Positions 10,683-20,710 of a stretch of 64,000 bases of DNA are shown one piece after another. Made by a program: the position numbers and the translations under genes. This DNA comes from Bacteroidota bacterium (GTDB lineage Bacteria; Bacteroidota; Bacteroidia; Chitinophagales; Chitinophagaceae): contig JAFEAF010000014.1 in assembly GCA_018266555.1 (NCBI GenBank), positions 98,181-162,180 of the forward strand, given 5' to 3'. Every line of letters begins with the position of its first letter. The first letter of the stretch is position 1. The notes under the pieces are model-generated. The model was not told the DNA's origin. It made no database searches and saw nothing but the letters and a program-made list of their open reading frames with translations.

Positions 10683-13600
10683 TTAACTGCATCCACCCTG
10701 AGTTCCGCAGTTCAAACATTTGTAACAAGTGCCGCTGCGTACCATGATATGGCCACATACATTACATGAAGGGGCATCACTTTGCATGTTCCGGGCTGCT
10801 GCATTCATCCCATCGGCTCCGGCATCTATTTTTGATTGCTGGAATGTCCTTTGATTTTTTGATGGTTGTGTATTTGTACCACCTGCTGAAGGCACAATTC
10901 TAACATTGGAAAGTTCGGGTGATTTTTCATACTCCAGGTTAGTTGGAATTTCATCCCAATCATCAGCACCCGTGTTCATCACTTCAGGTTTATCCAATAC
11001 ATGAACTAAATCAGTACGTCCCAAATATTCATATCCTAATATCCGGAAAATAAAATCAACAATGGAAGTTGTGGTTTTAATATTAGGATGCTCAACAAAA
11101 CCAGCAGGATCGAATTTGGTAAATGCGAATTTGTCAACAAATTCTTCCAGGGGTACTCCGTATTGTAATCCGATAGAAATAGAAATGGCAAAACAGTTCA
11201 GCATACTACGCATAGTAGCACCTTCCTTTGCCATATCAATAAAAATTTCTCCAAGAGTGCCATCGCTGTATTCACCGGTACGCAGGAAGATAGCCTGGCC
11301 ATTAATCTTTGCTTTTTGTGTAAAGCCACGGCGCTTTGCAGGTAATGAACGGCGTTCCACAATTCTTGCCAGTTGACGTTTTAATTTAGTGTCTGCACTG
11401 TTTTGTACCCGGCGGTTCACTTCATCCAGCAATTCTTCTATGGTCAGACCACCGAGATTCACAATCAGGGATTCTTTGGAAGCATCATTTGTAATACTTT
11501 CTGATTTTTCGGTATTATTTTCTTCTGATTTTTTTCTTGTATCACTTTTGTTACTTAAAGGCTGGCTCATTTTGGATCCATCCCGGTAAAGAGCACAGGC
11601 TTTCAGTCCTAATTCCCAACTCAGCATATATGCATCTGCTATTTCATCTACAGTCGCTTCGTGGGGAAGGTTGATAGTTTTCGAAATGGCGCCGCTGATA
11701 AAAGGCTGCACGGCGCCCATCATACGGATATGGCCTTCGGCATGTATAAAACGCCGGCCTTTTTTTCCGCATTTATTGGCACAGTCAAAAACGGGCAAAT
11801 GTTCATCTTTCAGGTAAGGAGCTTCCTCCATCATCATCGTACCGCATACATAATCATTGGCGGCTTCAATTTCATCTTCATTAAATCCGAGTGCTTCCAG
11901 GAGGCTCCATTCAAAATCATTGTATTGTTCCGAAGTAAATCCCAGGCGTTGCAAACATTCCTCACCTAATGTAAACTTGTTGAAAATAAAATTTATGTGG
12001 AAAGCAGTAGCTACTGCTGTATCTAACTTTTTTATCTCATCAGCAATAAATCCTTTTTCGCTTAAAGTCTGGTGGTTGATATATGGTGCACCTGCAAAAG
12101 AAGCGGAACCTATTACATACTTAATGATTGTGTCGGTTTCTTTTTCAGAATATCCTAAATTTTTCAACGCTGCAGGAACGGATTGGTTGATGATCCGGAA
12201 ATATCCACCACCGGAAAGCTTTTTGAATTTTACCAGGGCAAAATCCGGTTCTACACCTGTAGTATCACAATCCATAATAAATCCTATAGTTCCTGTTGGT
12301 GCAATTACAGTTGCCTGCGCATTGCGATATCCATATTTTTCTCCCAACTCAACTGCTTCATCCCATGCTTTGCAGGCAGCAGTCAATAAATAATCAGGAC
12401 AATATTTAGCCTTAAGTCCCTGAGGATTCAAACTCAGGTTTTCATATTCATCAGCATCATAAGCAGCGAGGCGGTGATTCCGCATCACCTTCAACATGTG
12501 TTTTTTGTTTTCCTCATATTTAGGAAATGCTCCCAATACTCCAGCCATTTCTGCTGAGGTTTTATATGCGGTGCCGGTCATTATAGCTGTTATTGCCCCT
12601 GCTATAGCCCTGGCTTCTTCACTATTATACGGAATGCCACTTACCATCAGCATGGTTCCAAGATTTGCATAGCCCAATCCCAATGTGCGGTATTCATAAC
12701 TGAGTTGTGCTACCTCTTTGGAGGGAAATTGCGCCATCAATACAGAAATTTCCAAAACAATGGTCCACAAACGGCAATTGTATTCGTACCCTGCAACATC
12801 AAAAACTTTTGTTTCACAATCATAAAATTTCATCAGGTTGGAGGAAGCAAGATTGCATGCGGTATTATCAAGGAACATATATTCTGAGCACGGGTTAGAA
12901 GCTCTTATTTCACCGCCCTCCGGGCAGGTATGCCATTCATTGATAGTAGTATTATATTGTGTACCGGGATCGGCACAGCGCCAGGCAGCATACGCAATCT
13001 GATTCCACAATTCTCTTGCAGGAATTTTTTTCATCACCCTTCCATCCATTCTTCCCTTCAGTTCCCAATCGTCATTGTTCTTTAATCTTTCAAAAAAAGA
13101 ATTGGGAATACGAACTGAATTATTGGAGTTCTGGCCGCTAACGGTTTTGTAGGCTTCCCCTTCATAATCGCTGGCATAGCCTGCAGCAATCAAAGCACCT
13201 GCTTTCTTCTCTTCTTCAACTTTCCAGTTAATAAATTCAATGATTTCCGGATGGTCCAGGTCGAGGCATACCATTTTTGCGGCCCGACGGGTAGTGCCTC
13301 CGGATTTAATAGCCCCTGCTGCACGGTCGCCGATTTTTAAGAAACTCATCAGGCCGGATGAAGTTCCACCACCACTTAATTTTTCTCCTTCCCCCCTCAG
13401 GTTGGAAAAATTGGTTCCCACTCCTGATCCATATTTAAATATACGGGCTTCACGAACCCATAGGTCCATGATGCCTCCATCATTGACTAAATCATCATTC
13501 ACACTGAGTATGAAACAGGCATGCGGCTGAGGGCGCTCATATGCTGAGGTAGATTTTTTCAATTCACCATCGGCAGGATCCACGTAATAATGTCCCTGGG

Positions 13601-14063
13601 GTTTTCCATTGATTCCATAGCTTTCATATAAACCAGTGTTGAACCACTGAGGAGAATTAGGAACACACATTTGATTCAGGATGCTGTACACCAGTTCATC
13701 ATAAAATACCTGTGCATCTTTTTCGCTGGCGAAATAACTGTATTTTTCTCCCCATACTTTCCAGCAATTGGCCAGGCGATGCGCTACCTGTTTTGCAGAC
13801 GTCTCCCTGCCCAAGCTACCATCGGGTTGTGGTACACCTGCCTTTCGAAAATATTTTTGCGCCAGGATATCTGTTGCAATCTGACTCCATTGCCTGGGCA
13901 CTTCCACATTCTTCATTTCAAAGACAACCTCACCGGTTGGATTCTTGATTATTGAAGTACGGTAGTCATATTCAAACATGTCGAAAACATTCACGTCGGT
14001 CCGGGTAAAGCGACGTGAAAATTGCAAACCGCCACCGGCGGAAGCTTGCTTTTTACTTATCAT
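10683..14063 (-). CDS. nrdJ: class II (adenosylcobalamin-dependent) ribonucleotide reductase
   Basis: 1126 aa. RNR core motifs SNPCSEY and NLASSNL, the long class II architecture, and a C-terminal Cys-rich tail CNVCGHIMVRSGTCYKCLNCG. Confidence 0.93.
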   Translation of the reverse strand: MISKKQASAGGGLQFSRRFTRTDVNVFDMFEYDYRTSIIKNPTGEVVFEMKNVEVPRQWSQIATDILAQKYFRKAGVPQPDGSLGRETSAKQVAHRLANCWKVWGEKYSYFASEKDAQVFYDELVYSILNQMCVPNSPQWFNTGLYESYGINGKPQGHYYVDPADGELKKSTSAYERPQPHACFILSVNDDLVNDGGIMDLWVREARIFKYGSGVGTNFSNLRGEGEKLSGGGTSSGLMSFLKIGDRAAGAIKSGGTTRRAAKMVCLDLDHPEIIEFINWKVEEEKKAGALIAAGYASDYEGEAYKTVSGQNSNNSVRIPNSFFERLKNNDDWELKGRMDGRVMKKIPARELWNQIAYAAWRCADPGTQYNTTINEWHTCPEGGEIRASNPCSEYMFLDNTACNLASSNLMKFYDCETKVFDVAGYEYNCRLWTIVLEISVLMAQFPSKEVAQLSYEYRTLGLGYANLGTMLMVSGIPYNSEEARAIAGAITAIMTGTAYKTSAEMAGVLGAFPKYEENKKHMLKVMRNHRLAAYDADEYENLSLNPQGLKAKYCPDYLLTAACKAWDEAVELGEKYGYRNAQATVIAPTGTIGFIMDCDTTGVEPDFALVKFKKLSGGGYFRIINQSVPAALKNLGYSEKETDTIIKYVIGSASFAGAPYINHQTLSEKGFIADEIKKLDTAVATAFHINFIFNKFTLGEECLQRLGFTSEQYNDFEWSLLEALGFNEDEIEAANDYVCGTMMMEEAPYLKDEHLPVFDCANKCGKKGRRFIHAEGHIRMMGAVQPFISGAISKTINLPHEATVDEIADAYMLSWELGLKACALYRDGSKMSQPLSNKSDTRKKSEENNTEKSESITNDASKESLIVNLGGLTIEELLDEVNRRVQNSADTKLKRQLARIVERRSLPAKRRGFTQKAKINGQAIFLRTGEYSDGTLGEIFIDMAKEGATMRSMLNCFAISISIGLQYGVPLEEFVDKFAFTKFDPAGFVEHPNIKTTTSIVDFIFRILGYEYLGRTDLVHVLDKPEVMNTGADDWDEIPTNLEYEKSPELSNVRIVPSAGGTNTQPSKNQRTFQQSKIDAGADGMNAAARNMQSDAPSCNVCGHIMVRSGTCYKCLNCGTQGGCS

Positions 14064-14612
14064 AACAAAAAGAATTTATCGGGTTAAGTAATTGTTAACG
14101 CAGAAGACGAAAATATTTTTTAGAATCTACAATTCAAACTTAGAGATATTCACATCTTGTGGAAAAACTTGAATGAATAGGCGGAAGTGCACGACTGTTC
14201 TGAATCCGGTGATTTCTGCACAATTAATAAAATTTTTATGGCTAAATTTTTTTTGGAAAATCAAGTGGAGTAGTGTAAAAAAAATAATACATCCAAAATA
14301 TCTATTGAAACGCAACGCAGGTAAGGGTTTCTGAAAATTTCTCTTTGAATATCGTTCGTATCCCGGATAATTTTATAATTTTTTTCTTTTGAAACCCGCT
14401 ACCAAAAAGGCTTTTAAGGAATCCTATTGCTGAAACAAAAATTTCTCTGCCGGCAATCTCCTGTTTTTTGAATTTTCAATACAACCGCAAGAGGAAAAAC
14501 ATCATACAGAAAAACAAAAATTACGAAAAAAGGAAGTACCTGTAATAATAAAAGCAGGAAGCAGATAAAATGACAAAAACTTTCTGCATTTTTGTAAGAC
14601 AATCAATACAGG

Positions 14613-15368
14613 ATGAAATCAGGAATTATCAAGTCTCTGGCAGAAAAGAAAAAAACAGGCAAAAAATCTTTTGCCGTTTTGATTGATCCTGATAAAGCTA
14701 ACGCATCGATCCTTGACGAACTGATCGAACTTTCTTCTGTTGCTAAAGTGGATTATCTCCTGGTTGGCGGCAGCCTGGTTATTTCCAATTACCTGGATGA
14801 CTGTGTGCAGCATATCAAGCAGAATTGTGATTTGCCGGTAATTCTTTTTCCCGGTAGCCCGACGCAAGTGAGTAAATATGCCGATGCGTTATTATATTTA
14901 TCACTCATCTCCGGCCGCAATCCTGAATTGCTGATAGGGCAACATGTAGTATCTGCTCCATTTGTAAAGCAAAGTGGTTTTGAAATAATGCCGACCGGTT
15001 ATATAGTGATTGATGGCGGGGCTCCTACCACTGTTTCTTATATCAGCAATGCTTCCCCAATACCTGCCGATAAGAATGAAATAGCTATGTGCACCGCTAT
15101 GGCTGGTGAAATGCTGGGTATGAAATTAATTTACATGGATGCAGGCAGTGGCGCCAGGCGGCCCATCACAGAAAGTATGATAAAATTAGTTGCTGATAAT
15201 ATCGAAGCGCCGCTCATTGTTGGCGGCGGTATCATTCATCCTGAAAAAGCATACCTGAATTGCAAAGCAGGCGCTGATGTGATCGTTGTTGGTAATGCGA
15301 TTGAAAAAGATGCCTCTTTGATTAAGGAGATGAGTGCTGCGGTGCATTCTGTGCCGGCGAAAGTTTAA
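14613..15368 (+). CDS. geranylgeranylglyceryl / heptaprenylglyceryl phosphate synthase family protein (PcrB/GGGPS fold)
   Basis: 251 aa. FAVLIDPDK near the N-terminus, YLLVGGS, IYMDAGSGA, and PLIVGGGI near the C-terminus. These are the TIM-barrel phosphate-binding motifs of this family. Confidence 0.85.
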   Translation: MKSGIIKSLAEKKKTGKKSFAVLIDPDKANASILDELIELSSVAKVDYLLVGGSLVISNYLDDCVQHIKQNCDLPVILFPGSPTQVSKYADALLYLSLISGRNPELLIGQHVVSAPFVKQSGFEIMPTGYIVIDGGAPTTVSYISNASPIPADKNEIAMCTAMAGEMLGMKLIYMDAGSGARRPITESMIKLVADNIEAPLIVGGGIIHPEKAYLNCKAGADVIVVGNAIEKDASLIKEMSAAVHSVPAKV

Positions 15369-16666
15369 CGCAGTTCCTCCACTTCAACCCTGGTTGGTGT
15401 TTCTTTTCCTCCCACAATTCCTCTTGAACTTAAAGCAATCGCTTTTATAATCATTGCCATATTACTCATGTCAAGTGTTTCTATCTGGTCACTGACTTTG
15501 TGATAGTTGGGTTCGCTTGGCTCCTCGGGTGGTGTACCCATTTTTGCCGTGGAGATGGTATGCGCCGGAACGCCTAACCTTGCCAGCGTTGCATTGTCTG
15601 AACGGTAAAATAAATTTTGTTGCGGATATGGATCCGGGTAAAAGGTAAATCCAGTTCCTTCTAAATTTTTTTGCAGTATGGCTCCCATATCCGTTTTATC
15701 ATAACCGGTAATGTATGCCGAATTTTTTCCCCATTTTGAATCGGTGCCTATCATTTCAATATTGAACATGGCCACTACTTTATCCGGATCAAATTGCTTG
15801 GAAAAATATTGAGAACCATATCCACCTACTTCTTCTGCCGTAAACGCAGCAAATACGATCGTCCTTTCATTATTGTTGAGTTGCTTAAAATATTTTGCCA
15901 GCATGATCACGGCCGTAGTTCCAGCTGCATCATCATTCGCCCCGTTATATATAGAATCCCCTTTCACCGGCTTGCCTACTCCGAGGTGATCATAATGTGC
16001 AGAGAATATTACATAATCATTCTTCCTGCTCTTTCCCGGCAAGATGCCTACTACGTTTGCCAGTTTTTGTTCTGAGATTTCAATCTTTGCTTCGATGGAA
16101 AAATTTTTAGGAACATGATTTGTCAGCAGGTAAATAACATTGTTGGCAGATTTAAAAGAAGCTCTTTTGCCTGAAGACAGTCTTGAAAAATTAGAAGCAT
16201 AACTTGTATCCACTAAAACAATAATATTTTTCCCGGACTGTGCCAATGCGAATGCTTCTTTGAAAAGGCTGGTCCCAGCTTTTATTGTTTCTAGTTCATA
16301 GCCTGAAGACTGATTCACATTCAACTCAGTTTGACCGCTGTTGATAGCAATATTTCGGGGAGCCAAAACAACACCGTCCAGTACGGCGCTGACGCTGATT
16401 ACTTGAGACCGCACCATAGAAAATTCCTGACGATAGCTCCCCCCGTTGTTCCATGTCTGCAGGCCGATCTTTTTAAATTCATCCGAAATAAAATCTGCTG
16501 CCCTGTCAATATCAGGTGTAAAGGCCCTACGGCCACGCATTTCATCCGAAGACAATGCTTGTTCGATTCGTTCTGCTTCTTTCGCATTTATAATCTCATC
16601 AATATTCTGGGCAAATAGAAAAGAGGTTGTAAGAAGTAACAACCCTGTCAGAGAAAGTAATTTCAT
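15365..16666 (-). CDS. secreted M28-family metallopeptidase (aminopeptidase-like)
   Basis: Signal peptide MKLLSLTGLLLLTTSFLFAQ. Metal-ligand contexts HYDHLG, GANDDAAGTTAV, FTAEEVGGYGS and NIEMIG. Confidence 0.85.
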   Translation of the reverse strand: MKLLSLTGLLLLTTSFLFAQNIDEIINAKEAERIEQALSSDEMRGRRAFTPDIDRAADFISDEFKKIGLQTWNNGGSYRQEFSMVRSQVISVSAVLDGVVLAPRNIAINSGQTELNVNQSSGYELETIKAGTSLFKEAFALAQSGKNIIVLVDTSYASNFSRLSSGKRASFKSANNVIYLLTNHVPKNFSIEAKIEISEQKLANVVGILPGKSRKNDYVIFSAHYDHLGVGKPVKGDSIYNGANDDAAGTTAVIMLAKYFKQLNNNERTIVFAAFTAEEVGGYGSQYFSKQFDPDKVVAMFNIEMIGTDSKWGKNSAYITGYDKTDMGAILQKNLEGTGFTFYPDPYPQQNLFYRSDNATLARLGVPAHTISTAKMGTPPEEPSEPNYHKVSDQIETLDMSNMAMIIKAIALSSRGIVGGKETPTRVEVEELR

Positions 16667-16743
16667 GTGCTTTTATTGTGTTTGATTGTTTTATTGTTTG
16701 ATGGCTAACAAGTAACAAACAAACCATGCAACCATTTTTGCAA

Positions 16744-17472
16744 CTACAAACTCATCATCTCTTTAAACTTCACGGTTTGCCTGCGGCTAACTTCAATCTT
16801 TTCTCCGCCTTTTAATTCGATTAACAACCCCCCGTTGAAATAGGGTTCTATTTTTTCAATCAACCGCATATTAACTATATGCTTACGGTTTGCACGGAAG
16901 AAAGTTTTTTCATCCAGCCGTTCTTCCAGGGCATTCAAAGATTTTAAAATAAGAGGTTTGTTGGGGCCGAAAAAAACTTTGGCATAATTTCCAACGCTTT
17001 CAAATAAACGTATTTCATTTAATTTGACAAACCAGCAACGCTCTCCGTCTTTTACAAACACCTGGTCGTTGTCCGTAAGCAGGCTGTTATTTATATTTTC
17101 TGTAGAAGGTCTGTTTTCTTTTGCTTCAGAAATATGAAGTTTCTGAACCGCATCTGCCAGCCTTTTGGGTTCAATAGGCTTCAATAAATAGTCCAGTGCA
17201 TTAACTTCAAAAGCCTTTAATGCAAATTCATCATAAGCTGTAGTGAAAATAACCTGCGGCGCTCTTTCCAGTTCTGACAACAAATCAAAACCGGTTTTTC
17301 CCGGCATTTGAATATCCAGGAAAATCAGGTCCGGATGTAGGTTTTCAATTTTGGCGATGCCTTCATCAGCATTGGCCGCCTCATCTATCACTTCAATATC
17401 AGGAAAATCCTGCAATAGTTTTTTTAATTCAGCACGGGCTAAACGTTCATCATCAATAATAATTGCTCTCAT
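16744..17472 (-). CDS. LytTR-family response regulator
   Basis: Receiver domain (MRAIIIDDE...DLIFLDIQMPG) followed by a C-terminal LytTR DNA-binding domain. It lies 4 nt downstream of the cognate kinase. Confidence 0.9.
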   Translation of the reverse strand: MRAIIIDDERLARAELKKLLQDFPDIEVIDEAANADEGIAKIENLHPDLIFLDIQMPGKTGFDLLSELERAPQVIFTTAYDEFALKAFEVNALDYLLKPIEPKRLADAVQKLHISEAKENRPSTENINNSLLTDNDQVFVKDGERCWFVKLNEIRLFESVGNYAKVFFGPNKPLILKSLNALEERLDEKTFFRANRKHIVNMRLIEKIEPYFNGGLLIELKGGEKIEVSRRQTVKFKEMMSL

Positions 17473-17476
17473 GTGA

Positions 17477-18559
17477 TTACTTTGAATTTGAATTTACAGG
17501 TAAAACAAGTTTGGCTTCCACCAGGAACGGCTCCAGTTGTTTTATTTCAAATTTTGCTTTATCTCCGTACAATAAATTAAGCCGGTCCGTGGTGCTGGAT
17601 AATCCAAATCCTTCTTTATTAGTCAGTCCATTCAGTTGCCCGGTATTTTGTACACTCAGCTCCAGAAAATTGTCTTTAAACCCTGAACTGATACGAACTA
17701 TTCCACCATGGATCCGTTGACTGATCCCGTGTTTAATGGCGTTTTCCGCTAAGGTCTGCAACATCATTGGAGGCACCTGCTGATCGAGTGTATCTTCATC
17801 AATATTATATTCGATCTTAAGCCGGTCTTCAAACCTCATATTTTCAAGAGCAAGGTAATCTTTTACAATGTTAAGTTCTTTTTCCAAAACAACCGTTTCC
17901 GATTTATCTGCCTGCATACTGCTGCGCAGGATATTGCTGAGCTCGGTTACCGCTTCACGGGCTCTCTGCGGATTCTCCACCACCAGGGCCCTGATACTAT
18001 TTAAGGAATTAAAAATAAAGTGCGGATTAATATGAGATTTGATGGTTTTTAATTCCAGTTCCTTGACAAGGGCTTCCAATCGTAATGTATCGAGTTGTTG
18101 CTTTCTGCTTTTAGTTACATAATGATAAATGAAATAAATAAGATTCCAGATAAGTATATTGATGACAAAATAAAATGCTCCGCTCAGAATAAGCAAAAGC
18201 GGTTGATCAGTAAATTCTTTTTCCTGGTGATTCAATAAATTAAAGCGGCTGCACGCCTCCATATAGAATGAAGAAGCGATTAATGAAAAAATGACGGTCA
18301 CAAGCAAGAACTGAAGTATCTGCTTTTCTATCGGCTTTTGAAGGGTATTTAACCGGATGATGACAAATCGCATCAGGTGAGTAAAAAAAATCCCGAGAAA
18401 TACGAAAATGCCCAGCCTGGTAAATATTACATACCTGGATTCAGCATCCCCTAACCGCTGGAATGAATAAGCAAAAAAAACATTGATGAGAGCAAAAAGT
18501 CCCCAACCTATAATCTGGAATAACCAGTATTTTGAATTACTTATACGCATAAAGTGCAA
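17477..18559 (-). CDS. LytS-type membrane sensor histidine kinase
   Basis: Multi-TM N-terminus, an H-box region KSHINPHFIFNSLNSI (His_kinase family), and a C-terminal ATPase domain. Confidence 0.85.
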   Translation of the reverse strand: MHFMRISNSKYWLFQIIGWGLFALINVFFAYSFQRLGDAESRYVIFTRLGIFVFLGIFFTHLMRFVIIRLNTLQKPIEKQILQFLLVTVIFSLIASSFYMEACSRFNLLNHQEKEFTDQPLLLILSGAFYFVINILIWNLIYFIYHYVTKSRKQQLDTLRLEALVKELELKTIKSHINPHFIFNSLNSIRALVVENPQRAREAVTELSNILRSSMQADKSETVVLEKELNIVKDYLALENMRFEDRLKIEYNIDEDTLDQQVPPMMLQTLAENAIKHGISQRIHGGIVRISSGFKDNFLELSVQNTGQLNGLTNKEGFGLSSTTDRLNLLYGDKAKFEIKQLEPFLVEAKLVLPVNSNSK

Positions 18560-18749
18560 AATTAGTCAATCCTGCTCCCGGCAGGCTCCCTAAATATACC
18601 AGTGGGCAATAACTTTTACAAATGGAAGTTTTTTTTAGCCTATTAACTACAAACTTAATTAAGATCATCACTTTGTACGAAATTTGTCAAGCAATCGTTA
18701 TCAGGAAGCTGGCTGGAATATATTAATTTTACCCAGTCAAATACAATTC

Positions 18750-20687
18750 ATGGAAATCATTCCGGGCCCCCTTTTAAAAACAATTGATTCACCGGCGGAT
18801 CTTAAAAAATTACCGAGGGAAAAATTACACCAGTTGTGCGATGAACTGCGCCAGTATATCATTGACGTGGTAAGTGTCTATGGTGGGCATTTTGCGGCCA
18901 GTTTAGGGGTAGTAGAACTGACAGTTGCCCTCCATTATATATATAATACTCCTTATGATCAATTGGTTTGGGATGTAGGCCACCAGGCTTACGGGCATAA
19001 AATTCTGACCGGCCGCAGAGATACTTTTATTACCAATAGAAAATATAAAGGTATAAGCGGTTTCCCCAAGCGTAGTGAAAGTGATTATGATACATTTGGA
19101 GTTGGCCATTCATCTACATCTATCTCTGCAGCCCTGGGTATGGCAATGGCCGCCAAATACAAGGGAGAAACCAATAGAAAAGTAATTGCTGTCATTGGAG
19201 ATGGAGCTATGACTGCAGGGCTTGCATTTGAAGGTATGAATCATGCCGGCGTAGCAGACAATGACCTGCTAATTATTTTGAATGACAACTGCATGGGTAT
19301 TGATCCCAATGTGGGCGCTTTGAAAGAATACCTGACTGATATTACTACTTCACCCACTTATAATAAAGTAAAAAGCAATGTCTGGAAATTGTTGGGAAAA
19401 TTACCCGTAGGTAAACATTTCACCCGTAAAATGGCGCATAAACTTGTTGGAGGAACCAAGGCTATGGTAAGCAGTAGCGCCAATTTATTTGAATCCCTGA
19501 AGCTCAGGTATTTTGGCCCCATTGACGGTCATAATGTGGCCAAGTTAGTAGATACTTTAAGAGATCTTCGGGAAATTCCCGGACCAAAGATTCTGCATAT
19601 CATCACCACAAAAGGTAAAGGATATGCATTGGCAGAAAAAGATCAAACCAAATGGCATGCACCAGGTTTATTTGATAAAATCACCGGTGAAATTCAAAAA
19701 AAGAAATTTGACTTGCCTCAGCCTCCCAAATACCAGGATGTATTTGGTCATACGATTATTGAATTAGCTGAGAAAAATGAAAAAATATTCGGGATCACTC
19801 CTGCCATGCCTTCAGGATGTTCATTAAAATTTATGATGGAGAAAATGCCGGACCGGGCATTTGATGTTGGTATTGCCGAGCAACACGCTGTTACTTTAAG
19901 CGCCGGAATGGCAACACAGGGAATGAAAGTATTTTGCAACATCTATTCTTCCTTCATGCAAAGAGCCTACGACCAGGTAATTCATGATGTAGCAATTCAA
20001 AACCTGCCGGTGATATTTTGCTTAGATCGTGCCGGGTTGGTAGGTGATGACGGAGCCACACACCACGGCGCTTATGACATACCTTACATGCGTTGCATAC
20101 CCAATATGGTTGTAAGCGCTCCGATGAACGAAGCAGAGTTGAGAAACCTGATGTACACAGCTCAACTAGAGTCAACCAAAAATCCATTTGTGATCCGCTA
20201 TCCGAGAGGTGAAGGAGTATTATCAGATTGGAAAACAGAAATGAAAGAAATCAAAATCGGAACTGGCAGAAAATTAAAAGACGGCCAGGATATTGCCATA
20301 CTTTCATTAGGCCATCCCGGAAATTTTGCTGCGGCAGCAATCCGTGACCTGAAAAATGAAGGACTGAACCCGGCGCATTATGATATGCGGTTTGCCAAAC
20401 CATTGGATGAAGAATTACTTCATGAAGTATTCCACCGTTTCAAGAAAATCATTACCGTTGAAGACGGAACTATAAAAGGCGGCTTCGGCTCAGCCATCCT
20501 GGAGTTCATGAATGAAAATAATTACAATGCAGAAATAAAAATATTAGGCATACCCGACAGAATTGTTGAACACGGAACTCCGAAAGAATTGCAACACGAA
20601 TGTCATTATGATGCCGAAGCCATTAAAGCAGCAGCGCTGGAAATGATGCGGGGAAAGGTTGCTGTTTCCCCACCTGTATTAGGATAA
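18750..20687 (+). CDS. dxs: 1-deoxy-D-xylulose-5-phosphate synthase
   Basis: GGHFAASLG, VWDVGHQAY, IGDGAMTAG (TPP-binding) and later family motifs. I place the start at the ATG at 18750 (MEIIPGPLLKTIDSPADLKK), not at the track's upstream alternative start. Confidence 0.96.
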   Translation: MEIIPGPLLKTIDSPADLKKLPREKLHQLCDELRQYIIDVVSVYGGHFAASLGVVELTVALHYIYNTPYDQLVWDVGHQAYGHKILTGRRDTFITNRKYKGISGFPKRSESDYDTFGVGHSSTSISAALGMAMAAKYKGETNRKVIAVIGDGAMTAGLAFEGMNHAGVADNDLLIILNDNCMGIDPNVGALKEYLTDITTSPTYNKVKSNVWKLLGKLPVGKHFTRKMAHKLVGGTKAMVSSSANLFESLKLRYFGPIDGHNVAKLVDTLRDLREIPGPKILHIITTKGKGYALAEKDQTKWHAPGLFDKITGEIQKKKFDLPQPPKYQDVFGHTIIELAEKNEKIFGITPAMPSGCSLKFMMEKMPDRAFDVGIAEQHAVTLSAGMATQGMKVFCNIYSSFMQRAYDQVIHDVAIQNLPVIFCLDRAGLVGDDGATHHGAYDIPYMRCIPNMVVSAPMNEAELRNLMYTAQLESTKNPFVIRYPRGEGVLSDWKTEMKEIKIGTGRKLKDGQDIAILSLGHPGNFAAAAIRDLKNEGLNPAHYDMRFAKPLDEELLHEVFHRFKKIITVEDGTIKGGFGSAILEFMNENNYNAEIKILGIPDRIVEHGTPKELQHECHYDAEAIKAAALEMMRGKVAVSPPVLG

Positions 20688-20710
20688 GTTTTTTCTGACT
20701 AAATTTAAGC

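Noticed and set aside
11062-13955. Many plus-strand ORFs of 60-178 aa inside nrdJ (for example 11857-12393)
   Set aside because: They are antisense to a strongly supported 1126-aa gene, have biased low-complexity translations and carry no recognisable motifs. The same reasoning applies to antisense ORFs inside relA, the kinases, the TPR-like genes, the helicase and other large genes.
14151-14161. Palindrome CACATCTTGTG, considered as an NrdR box upstream of nrdJ
   Set aside because: The CAC-to-GTG spacing is 5 nt, against about 8-10 nt in the 16-bp NrdR consensus as I remember it. No second box lies about 31 bp away.
14127-14602. Two 62-aa minus-strand ORFs in the nrdJ upstream spacer
   Set aside because: Their translations are Phe/Leu/Ile-rich products of AT-rich DNA, with no start context or motif. 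I treat the region as non-coding.
14064-14612. Cobalamin riboswitch upstream of the B12-dependent RNR
   Set aside because: I could not find a B12-box-like GCCACTG element or the conserved stems on either strand. B12 riboswitches usually control B12-independent isozymes or transport, not nrdJ.
20700-20707. TAAATTTA (and TAACTTTA at 31161-31168) located 3 nt before each kinase ATG, considered as a -7 promoter box
   Set aside because: The box is too close to the ATG for a TSS upstream of the start codon, and no matching -33/17-mer lies 20 nt upstream. The conservation may simply reflect the cassette duplication.
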